Assembly (NCBI RefSeq): GCF_009914755.1
Contig: NC_060928.1
Source: the human T2T-CHM13v2.0 reference genome, Homo sapiens
Strand: one strand, 5' to 3'
DNA length: 64,000 nt
In this document: positions 38,700 through 52,814 of the stretch, in pieces
How positions within the stretch are numbered: position 1 is the first letter of the stretch
How the letters are laid out: the number at the start of each line of letters is the position of its first letter
Made by a program: the position numbers and the translations under genes
Notes under the pieces: generated by a model
What the model was told of the DNA's origin: nothing
The model's database searches: none
Seen by the model: only the letters and a program-made list of their open reading frames with translations

Positions 38700-40620
38700 T
38701 TTTCAGTAAATAATACTAATACATCAGTTAAGTTCTTGCATGACCACATCCTGTCTTTTCCAAAAACTATACCAGTGGCAATGACAAATGTGGCCAGTTC
38801 ACTTTCTGACTCCACATATCCATGCAACTGCTTCAGTATCATCATTCCACCAGTTCTTTGTCTTCTTTAATCTCTGGTGCCTGGTATGCCTCTGCATTTT
38901 CCTAGCATTCATCTCTGCTGTCATACCTTTCATCACTATTCACCCTTAGATCTCATGATTCTGTCCTGCAATGTCTTGTCTGATTACTTTCTGTGTCCCT
39001 GTTTGGGGAAAAAAAAAACCCTCCATTCCTTGGTGAATGTAAGTCATAGGTCTGACTCCTCTCATGTCTAGTCACAGGCTGCTAAGCACTCCTGCAAAAT
39101 TCAGACAACCTGACATTATTATAAATTCATAACCTGAAATCTCAATTAGATTTATTAGCAATGTCTAACAATTCTCTGAGCCACCCCATTTCCCTGTTTT
39201 TCACAATTCCATTCTAAATCTTCTCTGAACACTTCAAACTATTGACTCTATTTTTCTTTCACTGACTTTAGCTAGCTTTACTGTACAGAGAATAAATAAA
39301 CGTTTACATATAAAGTCATTTAAATTTCTTCTACCAAATGCAAGAATCCATCTTCTTTTCAATACTCCTTTCCTCCCAACATCCTTCTTTTCCAGTACCA
39401 TTGAAGAGGTGTCTCTTATCTTATGTAATGATAATTTATCTTGCTTAGCTCTGAGTGGCTTGCACCAATATATATCCAGAAATGAAAAGAGCAGTTAAAT
39501 TTGGTCAACTGTCCTCCTTCCTGACCAAATAACCATGCCTTCTGATATAGTGTGTTTAGTGTATTGAAAATATATATATATATATTTGTCAAATAATTGT
39601 TGACTGTTGTTATTGGCAAATATAAAATAATGCTTCCAAAATACATAACTTTTTTTTTTACCTATAATCACAATTGTTTTCTCCATAACTGCTATGCAAT
39701 TATCAAGTATAAAAAAGTAAAAACCTTTCACATGTTGGGTATCTTTTCGTAAGTCAAACAAAAAGAACTAAAATATCAAACTGAGTTTCCCTAACTTTGA
39801 ATGATGTTTAAACTTCTTATAAGAGTAAAATGATTGATTAATTACTTTTCTTATTTCAACTCTTTCATGCTTTACTCTTCAGGTGACTTATTCAATACAT
39901 TTCTTTTCTTTAACTACAACTTAGCTATAGATTTTTAAATTCATCTCTAGAAATCAATGTATTTTTGGCAGGTAGAACCATACTAATACATGTGCTTGAT
40001 ATAAATGATGCTGAGTCTCACATGCAACAAAAATATATTTTTAAATATAGCTTTGGTCATTCTTTATATTCGAGTAAGTTGTATAGTCCTACCCTATCTC
40101 CTTTGGAGAAACATGTAAATACATGGAGTTGTTAATATTATAATACAAATACATTTATGGCAGTGTTTGCTCAAAACTCTCAGTGCCTTGTAATTACTTA
40201 AAAGTATAATAATCAAATCCCCTATAATGATGGTTATAATTCCAAAGCATTTTTTGTTCTAAGACACTATTTTAGACTTTTACTGGTCTATTCATTCATT
40301 TAAAAAATATATAATTAATCTACTGGTCTAAATTTGGCCCTGAAAATGCCTATCATATTTCCACTATTCTAAACACCCATTCTCATTCTGCTTAGGTTTT
40401 AGGGTGTAGAGTAAATGCCAATGTATGCATGAATTCTTCTTTATTCCATTAGATATTTAATTTTGTTCTCTTCTTCCTCTATGCTTCCATTGAACTTTGT
40501 TGTAGTTTATTACAGCACTGAGAATATCCTTTTGTTTCTACTATAATTATTTACATATATACATATCAAATGTACATTTTCCTTGAAGGCAAGAGTCATG
40601 CTTCATTCATCTTTCTTATG
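38700..40620 (+). mobile_element. Fragmented L2 LINE, with an old minus-strand L1M piece at ~39430-39700
   Basis: caggctgctaagcactcctg..ataaattcat..gaagaggtgtctcttatc; later aaaactctcagtgccttg and ccttgaaggcaagagtcatg (L2 3' end). Highly diverged. Confidence 0.55.
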
Positions 40621-42096
40621 CTTTGTTTAATATATATATACATAATATATTCCCATTGGATGAAAATATTATTACTGTTTAAAAGGCTTGCCTCTAGGCT
40701 TAATTTAATTAGCATTTTTTCTATTATATTTAAGTGATTCTCTATATAATACTAATAGTTGACAGAACTAGAAGGAAGACTATATGATGGAAGATCTGAT
40801 ACATTTTGCCTATTTAAGGAGATATTGTCAATTAAAGAGGAATTAGTTATGTAAACCTTCTCTCAATTCCCAATATATGACAAAAGGAAACTTCTTGGTT
40901 TATGTAGATTTTAATCAAATTTGGAGTAATTAGTACCCATTAATTTTGTATCATATCATTTAGGATACATTTTTGCCATAGAACTGTATAGTGAACTATG
41001 ATTATTATTTGAGAGTATCCAGAAGTAGGCTGTAGTACAAAATAAATAGAGTGGAACAACCAGTATAGATTTTTGTGATGAAAAACACAGAAGTGCTATT
41101 GTCTTCCTTACTTCATTTTCTTCCTTTCTTCCCTCCCACCCTCCCTTCTTTCGCTTATTCCCTGCTTTCTTCCTTCCTCCCTGTCTAAATTAAGAGATTT
41201 TTAGCGTTGTTGGAGTTTCTTCCCTTCCTCTTAGTACCCTTTAGATTGCTAATAAGAAAAGTCTAAGAACAAAATATTACCCATCCAAGATAAATCTTTC
41301 CAATAAATGTGATTCATAAACCTGGGATGGGAACAAAGGCATTTAATAAGGTGACCCTCAATGCTTCACAGCTTAATTTTTATTAGCACATCAGACACTA
41401 ATAGACTCTCATTTAGGTAGGTCAAGGGGTTTTTACAGATAATGTCTGTAAAGGAAATAATGTTTCCAAATAAGGGGCTCCTAAAGAATATCTTATTTTC
41501 CTCAATCATAAAATGCTTTCCAGTAACATTCCCAGTTGAATTGGATGTCAAGTATTTAGAGTGAAAATTTCTTTGCATTTCTTTTCATTAAAATGGACTG
41601 TCATAAAACAACAAGTACGGCACCTCGCATAAAATCAGGTCATGTTTTATGAATATTTAACTTCCTTTGAACTTTTCAGAAGGAAACAGTGACCTTGAAA
41701 ACTTCTAGTAGCAGTACAACATTGTAACACAAAGGCCACTGCCTCTGTCATTAATCATGGTAGATGACTGCCTAGAGCTGGTGTTGGCTTTTCAAAGAGA
41801 AATAATAAAAGATAGAAAAATGTGAAAATATTTATTATACACTATTTTATCATTTAAAAAAAAGGGAATAGTTGAGACCCAACTAGCACATGAAGGTTTT
41901 TTTGAAACTTATTTTTAACATGGAGTTTGAAATTTTTGGTTTTCAGTTACTGTCAGCTTGAAATCAATATACTAGTCAAGCAATAAGAATTTAATAACTG
42001 CTAAATATTGGTTCAGTATATTACCTTTTTATTGGGCTTTGGAACTTTGATTTATGCAGAATCACGACAGTACTAACCCTAAATAAGCAGGCCTTT

Positions 42097-42133
42097 GGTG
42101 TGTGTGTGTGTGTATGTTTGTGTGTGTGTGTGT
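42097..42133. repeat. Imperfect (TG)n microsatellite
   Basis: Seen directly. Confidence 0.9.
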
Positions 42134-42689
42134 TTAACTGTTTATGAAGGTTTCAGAAAGGCATTCAAAATTCTCAGGAGAAAACCAGTAAAATAAACAA
42201 ATATTTATCCACATGTTAATTCAAGTCTTATTTCTAGAACAGAATATTGACTTGGAGCTATCATCTAAGCCAAGATAAAAATTTTCAGAGTCAAACAGAA
42301 TGAGTGAGAACATCATTATATTTAAATTTAAATAATATTAAAAAGGAAAACAGACAATTTGATCCCTTGGTCTTTAGTAAAAGCAATATTCAAAATTATA
42401 ATGCTTTTTCTAGATTTTTAAAAAATAAAGTATACACGAATCATGTAATTTGCTCACTCATATAATATTATACCAAAATTACCTCCTATGAACAATATTG
42501 CATTTGTTTCAATTAAACCCTCAGGATTATAAATGTAGGTATTTCATATTTTTATGCTATTCTAGTTTTATATCTTCAAAATAACAAATAGCCAATAAAA
42601 TTTCCATGGAAAATGTTAACTCTTTTTTCCCCAGCCTCTTACTTTGATGTCATCAATAATGTCTAGATCATCTATTGACAGATATTAAG

Positions 42690-42745
42690 CACAGCACAGT
42701 GGAAAGATAACAAATTTTGTAATCAGAAAGATGTAGGTTCAAATT
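42690..42745 (+). mobile_element. MIR 5' fragment (resumes at ~45777-45840)
   Basis: cagcacagtggaaaga..ttttgtaatcagaaagatgtaggttcaaat; continues ggtcttgtacaagct..ttttcattttctatactttaaaa. Confidence 0.65.
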
Positions 42746-43143
42746 ATCTGTATCTGCACTATACAATACATAGCCAGTAGCCACATGCGCTCCTTGAACA
42801 GTTGAAATGTATTTAGTTCAACTGAGGGATTGAATTTTTAATTAAGTAAATTTAAATTTTAAAATTCAAAACATATATAGTATTTCATTATTTTGAAAGG
42901 ACTAAGTTTCATTTTAACTATTTACATTACATAAGTATTCATGCTGCATTGTAATACACATTAGGCTCATGTTTCATTTCTATGGTTTTGTATATATACA
43001 CATAACTGATCTATTGGGGCGAGTGGATTGACTCAGTTTGAATGACTTTTACATGTACTATGTAACACTGCAATGTGTTGATTTGAACATTTTATGCAGA
43101 AGGCACAGTTACTGTTACCTATATAAAACATAATTGGTAAATA

Positions 43144-44483
43144 CAGGCATTCTTTGTTTTATTGTGCTTCACTTTATTATTTTATCTTATTTTATTTATT
43201 TATTTTTTGAGAAAGGGTCTCACTCTGTCACCTTTCACCCAGGCTGGAGTGCAGTGGCATGATCACAGCTCACTGCAGCCTCCACCTCCTGGGGCTCAAG
43301 TGATCTTTCCACCTCAGACTCTCGAGTATGTGGGACTACAGGTGCATGCCACCATGCCCAGCCAGCCAATTGTTTTATTTTTGTAGAAACAGAGTTTCAC
43401 CATGTTGCCCAGGCTGGTCTCAAACTCTGAGCTTCAAGCAATCCTCCCACTTCAACCTCCCAAATTATTTCTGTGATTATAGTGCAAAGCCACTAAGCCT
43501 GGCCTGCGCTTTACTTTCTTGCACTTTACAGATATTGTGGTTGTTACAAATTGAAGGTTTGCTGCAACCCTGTGTGGAGCAAGTCTATCAGCATAATTAT
43601 TCCAACAGCATGTGCCCACTTCATGTTTCTGAGTCACATTTTGATAATCCTCACAGTATTTCAAATGTTGTCATCATTATTATATCTCTTATGGTGATCT
43701 GTGATCAGTGATCTTTGATATTACTATTATAATTGTTTTGGGGTACCACAAACTGTGCCCTTGTAAGATGGTGGATTTAATCAATATATGCTGTGTGTGT
43801 TCTGACTGATCCACTCACTGGCCATTCCCTGTCTCTCTCTCTCTCTTCAGGCCTCCCTATTCCTTGAGACCAACGATATTGAAATTAGTCCAACTAAGAA
43901 CCCTCTAATGGCCTGTAGTGAAAAGAAAAATCACATGTCTCTCACTTTAGTCTCTCACTTTAAATCAAAAGCTAGAAATGATTAAGCTTAGTTGAGGAAG
44001 GCATGTTGCAAGCCAAGATGGGCCAAAAGCTAGGTCTTCTGTGCCAAACAGCTCGACAAATAGTGAATGCAAAGGAAAAGTTATTGAAAGAAATTAAAAG
44101 TGCTACTCCAGTGAGTGCATGAATACTAGAAAAGCAAATCTTTATTGCTAATATGAAGAAAGTTTTAATGGTCTAGATGGAAGATCCAGGATCCAAGATA
44201 GAACAGGTGAGGAAGCTGCAGGACAAAAGTATGGAGGTAGCAGAGATTGGTTCATTAAATTTAAGGAATAAGCCATCTCCCTAACAGAAAAGTGCAAAGT
44301 ATAGCGGGAAGGGCTGATGTAGAAGCTATAGCAGATTACCCAGAAGATCTAGCTAGAATAATTGATGAAGGTGGCTACACACTAAACAGCAGATTCTCAA
44401 TGAAGATGCAAGATTGTATTGGAAGAAGTGGCCATCTAGGATTTTCACAGCTAGCAAGGAGAATTTCATAGCTAGCAAGAATT
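43144..44483 (+). mobile_element. Tigger1 5' half (right TIR lost), interrupted by AluJ
   Basis: TA|caggcat..gttttattgtgcttcacttt..acaaattgaaggtt..aatcaaaagctagaaatgattaagcttag..ccagaagatctagctag..tattggaagaag. Confidence 0.93.
43176..43504 (-). mobile_element. AluJ inside Tigger1
   Basis: TSD tgtgcttcacttt / tgcgctttacttt; AluJ features gatcacagctcactgcagcctc. Confidence 0.95.
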
Positions 44484-46646
44484 TACTACTGATATATTAT
44501 ATAGTGATGATATAGAAACTACCAAAATAATAAAGATGAAAAGAGATTGGGAGTAGTTACATCACAAAATTCATGATGAATTGCAATTTATTGTGGTAGT
44601 GCGAAATGAAAAAAAAAGTATAAAAACTTCAAAAAAAATAAAGTTGACAGTATTAGGAAACATCTTCAGCAAATATGGAATGAATTTTATAAGAAGTTAC
44701 CTTTGAGAAAAGAATTGATAAAATTGATTGTCTGGAATCTGAATTAAATGCTAATAAAAACATTTAAACAATTTTATACAAATTCTGAGTTTATAAATTT
44801 GGCCAAATGTAAGATAGGTTGGATTCCTACACAAAAGAAATTTAGTTTTAGATTGAGATAGTAAGATAAATTATTACTCCTGATATGGAAATTTTGTTAT
44901 GAAATTGCTAAAAATAAAAGACAATGATTTTAATTATCTGTGTTCTTTTTTAACGGTCATTGGTTGATTTTCACAAATTTTTACTGTACTCAACTTCAAT
45001 TCATGATTTTCTTTAAACAAAAGGAATGTTTGCCAAACATGTAATTATCAAAGACAAAAAAATGCAGTGTGTTTATATTTTTCACTGATACCACACTGCA
45101 TATGAATGAACAAAATCTGAAGTTCTATGGAAAAAGAAAGCTCATTAGTACTTAGAAATGTAAAAGTATTTTAAAGCTGACATTTCAAAATAAAAATAAT
45201 AATTTTACACATTTTTCTAACATGAATCAATATGTAGATTCTACTCTTTGATGTTATATAAATCAGATTCAAAGTCTAAAAGAAAATGTCTAAGAAATGT
45301 CTTTTTCTAATATTTGAACATTTAGAGTTGCTTTTTAATTTATACAGTGATATTTTAAACTAGATATTAATTGGCACAATGGCTAGTGAAGAAAAGATGA
45401 ATTTGTTCTGTCAATATATATGCAAAGATGGGAAGAAATGGTCTTTTTTCAATTATTGAAAATCTTTTTGACCATATTTGGAACAATCTATATAAGGGAA
45501 TCTATTTTTTGAACTGTAAACTTCATTAAATGTCAATACAGATGAAGCAATTCTTATGAAACTAAGTGTAAAATACCTACAAATTTCAAAGACTTAGTAT
45601 GAAAATATTGTGTGAAATATTTCATTAATAATTTTTATGTGATTACATGTTAAAACGTTAATTTTTATAATATACTAGGTTAAATGAAATATACAATTAA
45701 TATTGATTTAACCTCAAATGGCTACATAAAAATTTGATTACATATGTGGCTGACACTATCGAATACTGATCTATATGGTCTTGTACAAGCTACAAATTCC
45801 CTCACAATTTCATTTTCTATACTTTAAAAGTAGAATCACTCCAGATAGTGTGTGATTAGGGTAACCCTGAAGTGGTCTTAGGCCAATTGTTTCTGGAAAG
45901 TATTTCCTCATTTCTCTAAATGGAACTAAATAGTACATCACTGTTCAAAAAGTGTTTGGTTTTTACTTCTGTAATAGAAATATCATGCTTATCACAAGCA
46001 TTCATCCCTAGTGGCTGTGACTCCAAAGGAAAACAAAAGAACATGTAAGAGAAAAAGAAAACAGGAAAAGAAAAATATTCAAACAATTATAAGTGATTTA
46101 CTGACTAGTTCTATGAACTCTAGCATGGTGGCTGGGACACAGTAGGTGTTTTACGATTTTTATAGAATTAATATTTGTGTGATGCTCTAGAAGACCAAGC
46201 CCTATAGGTAATAGTGCAATAATGGTTAGCTAATTTACATTGGTAAATTTAAATATGGAAAAAGTGAGTGCTAATAACCCTTATTAGGTATATATGTGTA
46301 TGCTATGTTTATGTGTGTATGTCGAACTCAGTTCACTTTTGCTACAGCAATCCTGTAATACAGGTATTAATATTCACATTTTACTCAAAATAAAACTCTT
46401 ACAGATAAAACTTTCCAAGGTCACTAAGCAAATATGAGAAACAATGTAGATTTTAACTAAATGTTACTAATTACCATTCCACCACATTGCCATAAAAACC
46501 AAATTATTTGAGCCATGTTACATATTTAGGTAAATTTTATAAAATGCAAATATTTCACCTATCTAATCTAATCGAGAAAAACCACAATAGCTCTGGTTTA
46601 CAAAATAAATATGATACCTATTTTCTTAAAGGTAATGTTATTCTTA

Positions 46647-47040
<394 letters not shown>

Positions 47041-48040
47041 AAATATGGGGGACATATTTTATATATTTTATTTTATATATTATATATGTATGTATATATG
47101 CATATTACCGTATTTCACACACATACATACACATATATAAACATAAACTTTAATGTGTTTTTATAATTTTTTATAATTTTACAGCATCTGGAAATAGTTT
47201 ACTATAGCATTATGTAAAATAAACTCGCAGTCTTAAAATTTCCTATTGATGACAAACAGAGGATCACTTTATAAAGGAGTGTTTCTGAGAAGACCTACCC
47301 AAGCAGTCTGAAATGTATGCCCTCTTCCTACCCCATTCTGTCTCCAAGCTGGATGAAGAAAAATGCAGGAATCATCTCAAAGATTATCATAGAAATGCCC
47401 TATTGTCTTCCAAGACTCTGATTCTTTTTATGATCCCAGCCATGTATCATGATGACAGCCGTTTCTCGGCCTTATGACTAAGATCAAGTGTGTCACCATG
47501 ACAACTTGGATAATTTCACCTGGGGGAGAGGATCCACAGGTAGTTCCCTGTACCTTATAATATCTGAAAAATGCCAAACAAAAATTAAGTATGTTTACTC
47601 CAACTCCACCAAATTCCAATATGGTCCCTGTGCAAATTTCCATAACTTTAAAAAATGGTAATAGGGAAGAATAGAAAACAAACTCCAATGGGGTACAAGA
47701 TAGAAAAAGGTTTTAGAATAAACTTACAAGACGTGCTCCTTAAAAAATTTATTGTCAATAGTGCTACGCAAATGTATAATTGTATATATGTGATTTTAAG
47801 AATGTGCTGCTTAAAATTAATAAAGGCCTTTGTCATTGCTTTGTGGCTAGAAAGATGAAATCTAAAACACTGAGTTAGTCTGAGGTTATCTTTATTGAGT
47901 GGCAAGGAAGTATTAAAGAAACATTATTTCTGTAAGAATGACTGTCATCCTTTAGTACGTTGTACCTATTGCACTATCTCTGCCATTCGATAGGCAGCCA
48001 AGTTCTCTGGCTTTCAAGTCCTCAGCCTCAGTGTGAAGAT

Positions 48041-48094
48041 GAATCTCATTTCCTTGAAATACTGCTCCTGCTGTATTTCAAGGAAATGAGATTC
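48041..48094. repeat. Perfect 22-bp inverted repeat with 10-nt spacer
   Basis: gaatctcatttccttgaaatac-tgctcctgct-gtatttcaaggaaatgagattc. Confidence 0.97.
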
Positions 48095-49480
48095 TGTTCA
48101 AGCAAGTTGAAATCTTAATTCCAGTTCTTTTCAGAGTAATAATTTATATATAAAGTACCACAGATGGATGTTTATATTAGATATAATAACTTGAAGACTT
48201 ATTTTACCTGAAAACGGAATTAGAGCTTCTTAATGCCAAAATACAGAACTAAATCATTTAAGGTTATAGCCCCATCTTTCAGTGCTGGAGAAGCACCATC
48301 TTTTACCAAAAGAGCATTTAAGTCAGCATTACTTCTTTCTCAACTGATATCACCCATAAAAAGTTTTCACTGTCACAAAAACCAGTAAAGGAGTAAAATA
48401 TTTGGCAACTATTGGGCAAGTATAAGATACCTTATTTTTACTAATGAACTAATGTGAATGAATATGAAAGAAAGCTCATGGTATTCTGTTTCATACAATC
48501 TTATCCATTACATTTGCTTAAGCAAAAACAACTTGAAGAAAAGTCAATTTGGTCACTAAACTTTGGGAGTAAAACACAAGCTTCTCATTTATAATTTGAA
48601 AGAGATTAATAGGTGTCATAATTATCAAGGTGTCGTTAAGACCTATGACACTCTGAATATTGCTCATATTAAATTAAGAATCATTAAATATTGTGTCAGA
48701 GACTTGGAGGGAAAATAAAAGTAAAAGGAACAATTACATTTTATTAAATAATGCTAAAGAATTATCTTAAAATTAATATGTAAGCTCTGAAGAGAATGTT
48801 ATCATTGACTATAATATGGGCTGATGGTTGAATATCAGTAGATATTTAATTCTTATCTATGTTTCTGCACACAAAATTTGTCTGTATAAACACACCCCAA
48901 AACAAAATTTTCTAACTCATTCATATTGTTAAAACCTGCCTTAGGTGCTCTGTGGACATAAATAAGAAGCAGCCTTTTAATGCTTGCATGTATCAGATTA
49001 TTGACATAGCTATTACGGCTTTATCCTCAAACCACAACTTTCAGAAATGTTGCATTAGAATGTTTTTTTCCAAAAAATAGAAATAGATTAAATTTTTACC
49101 AGCATAATATTAATGGTGAAGAGAAAAAATAATGTCTCTTGCAGAAAGGTTTAAAATTTTTAGTATGATCTTTAACCATTTAATCACTGCCATTTTCTTT
49201 AGATATCTTATTTCCATTTAATTTTCTCTTTATAATCTGATTGGAGAGATGAAAAATTAGACATATACTGTATTCTTATAGTACATGAAAATTGTGAATA
49301 ACCCGAAGAGCTTATATATACTGAATAAATGTTAACTCTTGAACCTCCTGTAAAGTGACTACCTAGGTATGACAAGTTAACATTTCTCTAGTAAAAAAGT
49401 TGCTTCAGTCCCCCTATTACTGTCTTTTAATGGCTTATCTTGTCTCTTTTGGAACTAAAGCTGTTCCAAACAACTTTATT

Positions 49481-49515
49481 ACACACACACGGAGAGAGAG
49501 AGAGAGAGAGAGAGA
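49481..49515. repeat. (CA)n(GA)n microsatellite
   Basis: Seen directly. Confidence 0.9.
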
Positions 49516-49884
49516 TCAGACAACTCTGATTTTTGAGAGAAAACTATCATTGTCTAGAAGTAACATTCACTATATGTAACCTATAAAAGCACATTTGTCA
49601 AATGCTTGTGTTCCATAACAAGAATATATTCTATAAATATAAATATTGTAGTATTTTTTTCTATAGTGTAGAAGGGACACTTGGCTATCAGGCCATTTTT
49701 TAAAATAAATATCTAAGAAAACATACTTCAGAGTTTCTGTGGCTTATGTAGTGTATTTCTACACTAAAAAATTAGAATGTCTGGGGTTTCAAATTAGATG
49801 AAATCACCTGCCTTATAAATTATGAAGATCCACAGAGCCATTGCTTCCCAGGAAAACTGGCCCTCAGTTATCACAGAGTTTGGA

Positions 49885-50146
49885 AAAGTATGGCTTGTCA
49901 CTAGTTTTTCTATGGTCCATGAACTAAGAATTATTTTTATATTTTAAAATAGTTGAAAAAAAATCCAATCATGATATGAGAAAACTATAGAAATCATCAA
50001 TTGTCCATGAATAAATTTGGATTGAACACAGCCACAGATAATCACTGGCATGTTTACTATGACTGCTTTCTTGCTACAGTGGCAGAGTTGTGTAGTTGTG
50101 ACAGAGATTGTATAATCCTGCCCTTTACACAAAATATCTAGACCCT
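49885..50146. mobile_element. MER58B (hAT-Charlie)
   Basis: gaactaagaattatttttatattttaaaa..ttgaacacagccac..ctacagtggcagagttgtgtagttgtgacagaga..gccctttacacaaaa. Confidence 0.8.
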
Positions 50147-50555
50147 TTAGATAGACCAAAAGAAAGTTTTGCAAAGAGTACAAAACTATTAGCCTAATGA
50201 GCCATTTGGAGACTTCTGAATTATCTGTGTATATCCTAATAACACTTTTATTGCACTACTAATTGCTCAGGGCTGCCAACTCAATGACTAACTTTTAACA
50301 TACATGATTATCAGTTGAACAATCAAAAATTGTTTTCTCAGCATAACCTTATACTACTGCTAAAATCAGTGTCTAGTGAGTTGTCGGGGCCCAAACAAGA
50401 TGTTTTACCATTCTAACAAGGCATAATTCTTTTTAGGATATTTGCTCCAAACCATCTAAGTTTTATTCTATATGTAATGTAATAAGTTAATACGACACGT
50501 AAAATGCCACATCCCTGACTAACCTCCCCTGTGCCTGAGTTCTCAAAGTGCTCTG

Positions 50556-50572
50556 TAGCGCCCTCTACTGTC
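50556..50572 (-). promoter_or_regulatory. Candidate CTCF binding site
   Basis: Minus strand GACAGTAGAGGGCGCTA closely matches the CTCF core (CCASYAGRKGGCRSY), CpG retained. Confidence 0.65.
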
Positions 50573-50710
50573 TGGGCTGTGTACCAACTCAGACACTTTG
50601 AGGAGCTGGCCATAGCTGGGATTTCCTTTTTATATATTTTGTATAGGTCATAGGGGCAGGCAACCCATAATTTAGGAACAGATCTGGGTATCTATTCTTC
50701 CTTAAGGGGA

Positions 50711-50712
50711 GC

Positions 50713-50747
<35 letters not shown>
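50711..50747. repeat. (TG)n microsatellite
   Basis: Seen directly. Confidence 0.95.
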
Positions 50748-50748
<1 letters not shown>

Positions 50749-52814
50749 TTTGGGAATAAATAGAAACATGCAATCTTGAAACACAAATGAGAATATTCAG
50801 CATATATACTGTGGTTATGTATGAATTTTCTTTGGCAAGTCAGACTCAGTGGTGTGATGTGCACACTTAGTCATCTTACATTTGCCAAAGTAATATGAGT
50901 ACACAAACTCATGAATTTACAAGCAAGCAAAATGTTTCCAAGTCACTTTCATTTTAAGAAATGTATATATTTGTGTACCTGCATTGAAACATTAAATTCA
51001 GAATATCATGATAATTATGCAAAAAAGAGGGTAGTTGTCTTACACAATATGACACAAAATGGCAGAAGTTGTGGATTTTAGGATTTGGGGTACATTGCCT
51101 TAGGTATCTTTTGGTGCATCAACAGTCAAGAACATGCTTTCTACACTAAAGGAAAAGGAATTTTATGTCTTCATGCTGCTAAATTTAAAGAGTTGCAAAT
51201 AAATTTGTATAGAAGAATTGATGCAAAATATATTTATTGCAATATGTACAATTCCTAAACTCCTGCACTAATTAAACATCTTAATGTTATGGTGAAAATC
51301 ATGTTACTGTCATTACTATTATATTACTATTCAAGATAACTTGCCATTTTCACAGTAAAATAATTTTTAAGACTTTTAGTGTGTCTATGGCATGTCTATG
51401 CCTGTCCTTTTTTAGAACAAGTATGCTTATTACCTGATATTTCAAAATAGTATAAAGTAAGTAAAGTAAAAAGGACTGCCTTCTTTAAAATGACTCAAAA
51501 ATTTAAAAAACATAGAAAACATGTAAAGTTTTCAAGAATAATAGACAAGTCCATAATATCACTAAGCATGAAGAAAAATGTAGGCAGGACAAAGTTTCCT
51601 GAGGCTAAAATATGAAAGAAACCATCACAATTTCCTAATAAATTTGGACTCCTCAAGCCAGTAATATCAGAATAAAAATTGGCAGTGGATATTATGCCTA
51701 GGAATATTCCTGGCCTATTACTAACACCTAGAATAAAAAGGCTTTAGAATCTATTGATTGTTATAACTAAGTAAAACAATACATTTGTGTTTAAAACATG
51801 CATTTCATGTGACAATAATTTAAAATCTTTGAGACCTCCTAAAGCCAGGAAAAAGGAGAATATGACCCAATGTTAACACTATCAAAGCAAAGTAATACAG
51901 TTGATTGAAAATACAGTTGAGCACTCCCAGCAGATGAAGGTGTGAATTTCCTCATACATCATCTTAATGGCAACATTTTCTACAAAGCGACATGGAGCAC
52001 TCCTTTCATATTTCATGAGTTCTATTTGCCTGACTTCAAAATGCCAAATGTGCCAGTGAACAGTGCTTTAATATTCATGGGTTTTTGAGATGGCTTTGAC
52101 AGTTGTCAACTAGAGAAATGACTTCATCAGGAAAGAATCTAACTTATGATTTCCGGCACACATATAAAATCATGTAGTCATTCGCATATGCATTCTACTT
52201 GAAATGTATTATTTGCATAGTTATCTTTTATGAAAATTACAAAGCTATAAAATCTTTTATGTAACAGTAAGACATTTGTAAATCTTATTTGGATATATAC
52301 TTAGCATTTCAGAAAATTTTGTTAACCCCAGACATTTAATAATTGAGTTATTTTTACAAATGTCTTTTGAAAGGACATAGCCCAGTAAGTATCCCAAAAG
52401 TTCTCTAAAGCATAAGTCATCACAGCATAAATCACACATGTATGTGAACAATTCATATTTATTTCCCTTTCATAATTCAAAAGCTTATTAAGTAATTCAG
52501 TTTATAGAAAAAAAATGCAGGCTATTTCTTTAACCCAAAGGTTTGGATTTTGGGTCTTGAGTCTCTCGATTACCTTTCACACACTAAAAATAAAATGTAA
52601 AATTACCCATGAAATACAGTTCACTGCTGTTAATCTTAAAAGTTTTAGGAATTTTTCACACGATGTCAGTAACTAATAATACATTGAATAAATTATATAA
52701 ATCACACAAAGTCATAAGAATTTTTAGTGTATATTATCTCATTGTATTCTTCCAAAAATCTTATGAGCTGGAAGAACCAATAGCATAATACCATTAGATT
52801 GAGAGTAATATCTA

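Larger units (their letters stand above)
42754..45768. mobile_element. Charlie5-like hAT transposon (MER3/MER33 family), interrupted by Tigger1
   Basis: MER3/33-type left end ctgcactatacaatacatagccagtagccacatg; MER33-type right end ..ttacatatgtggctgac..atactg; 8-bp TSD atctgtat (42746-42753) / atctatat (45769-45776). Confidence 0.8.
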
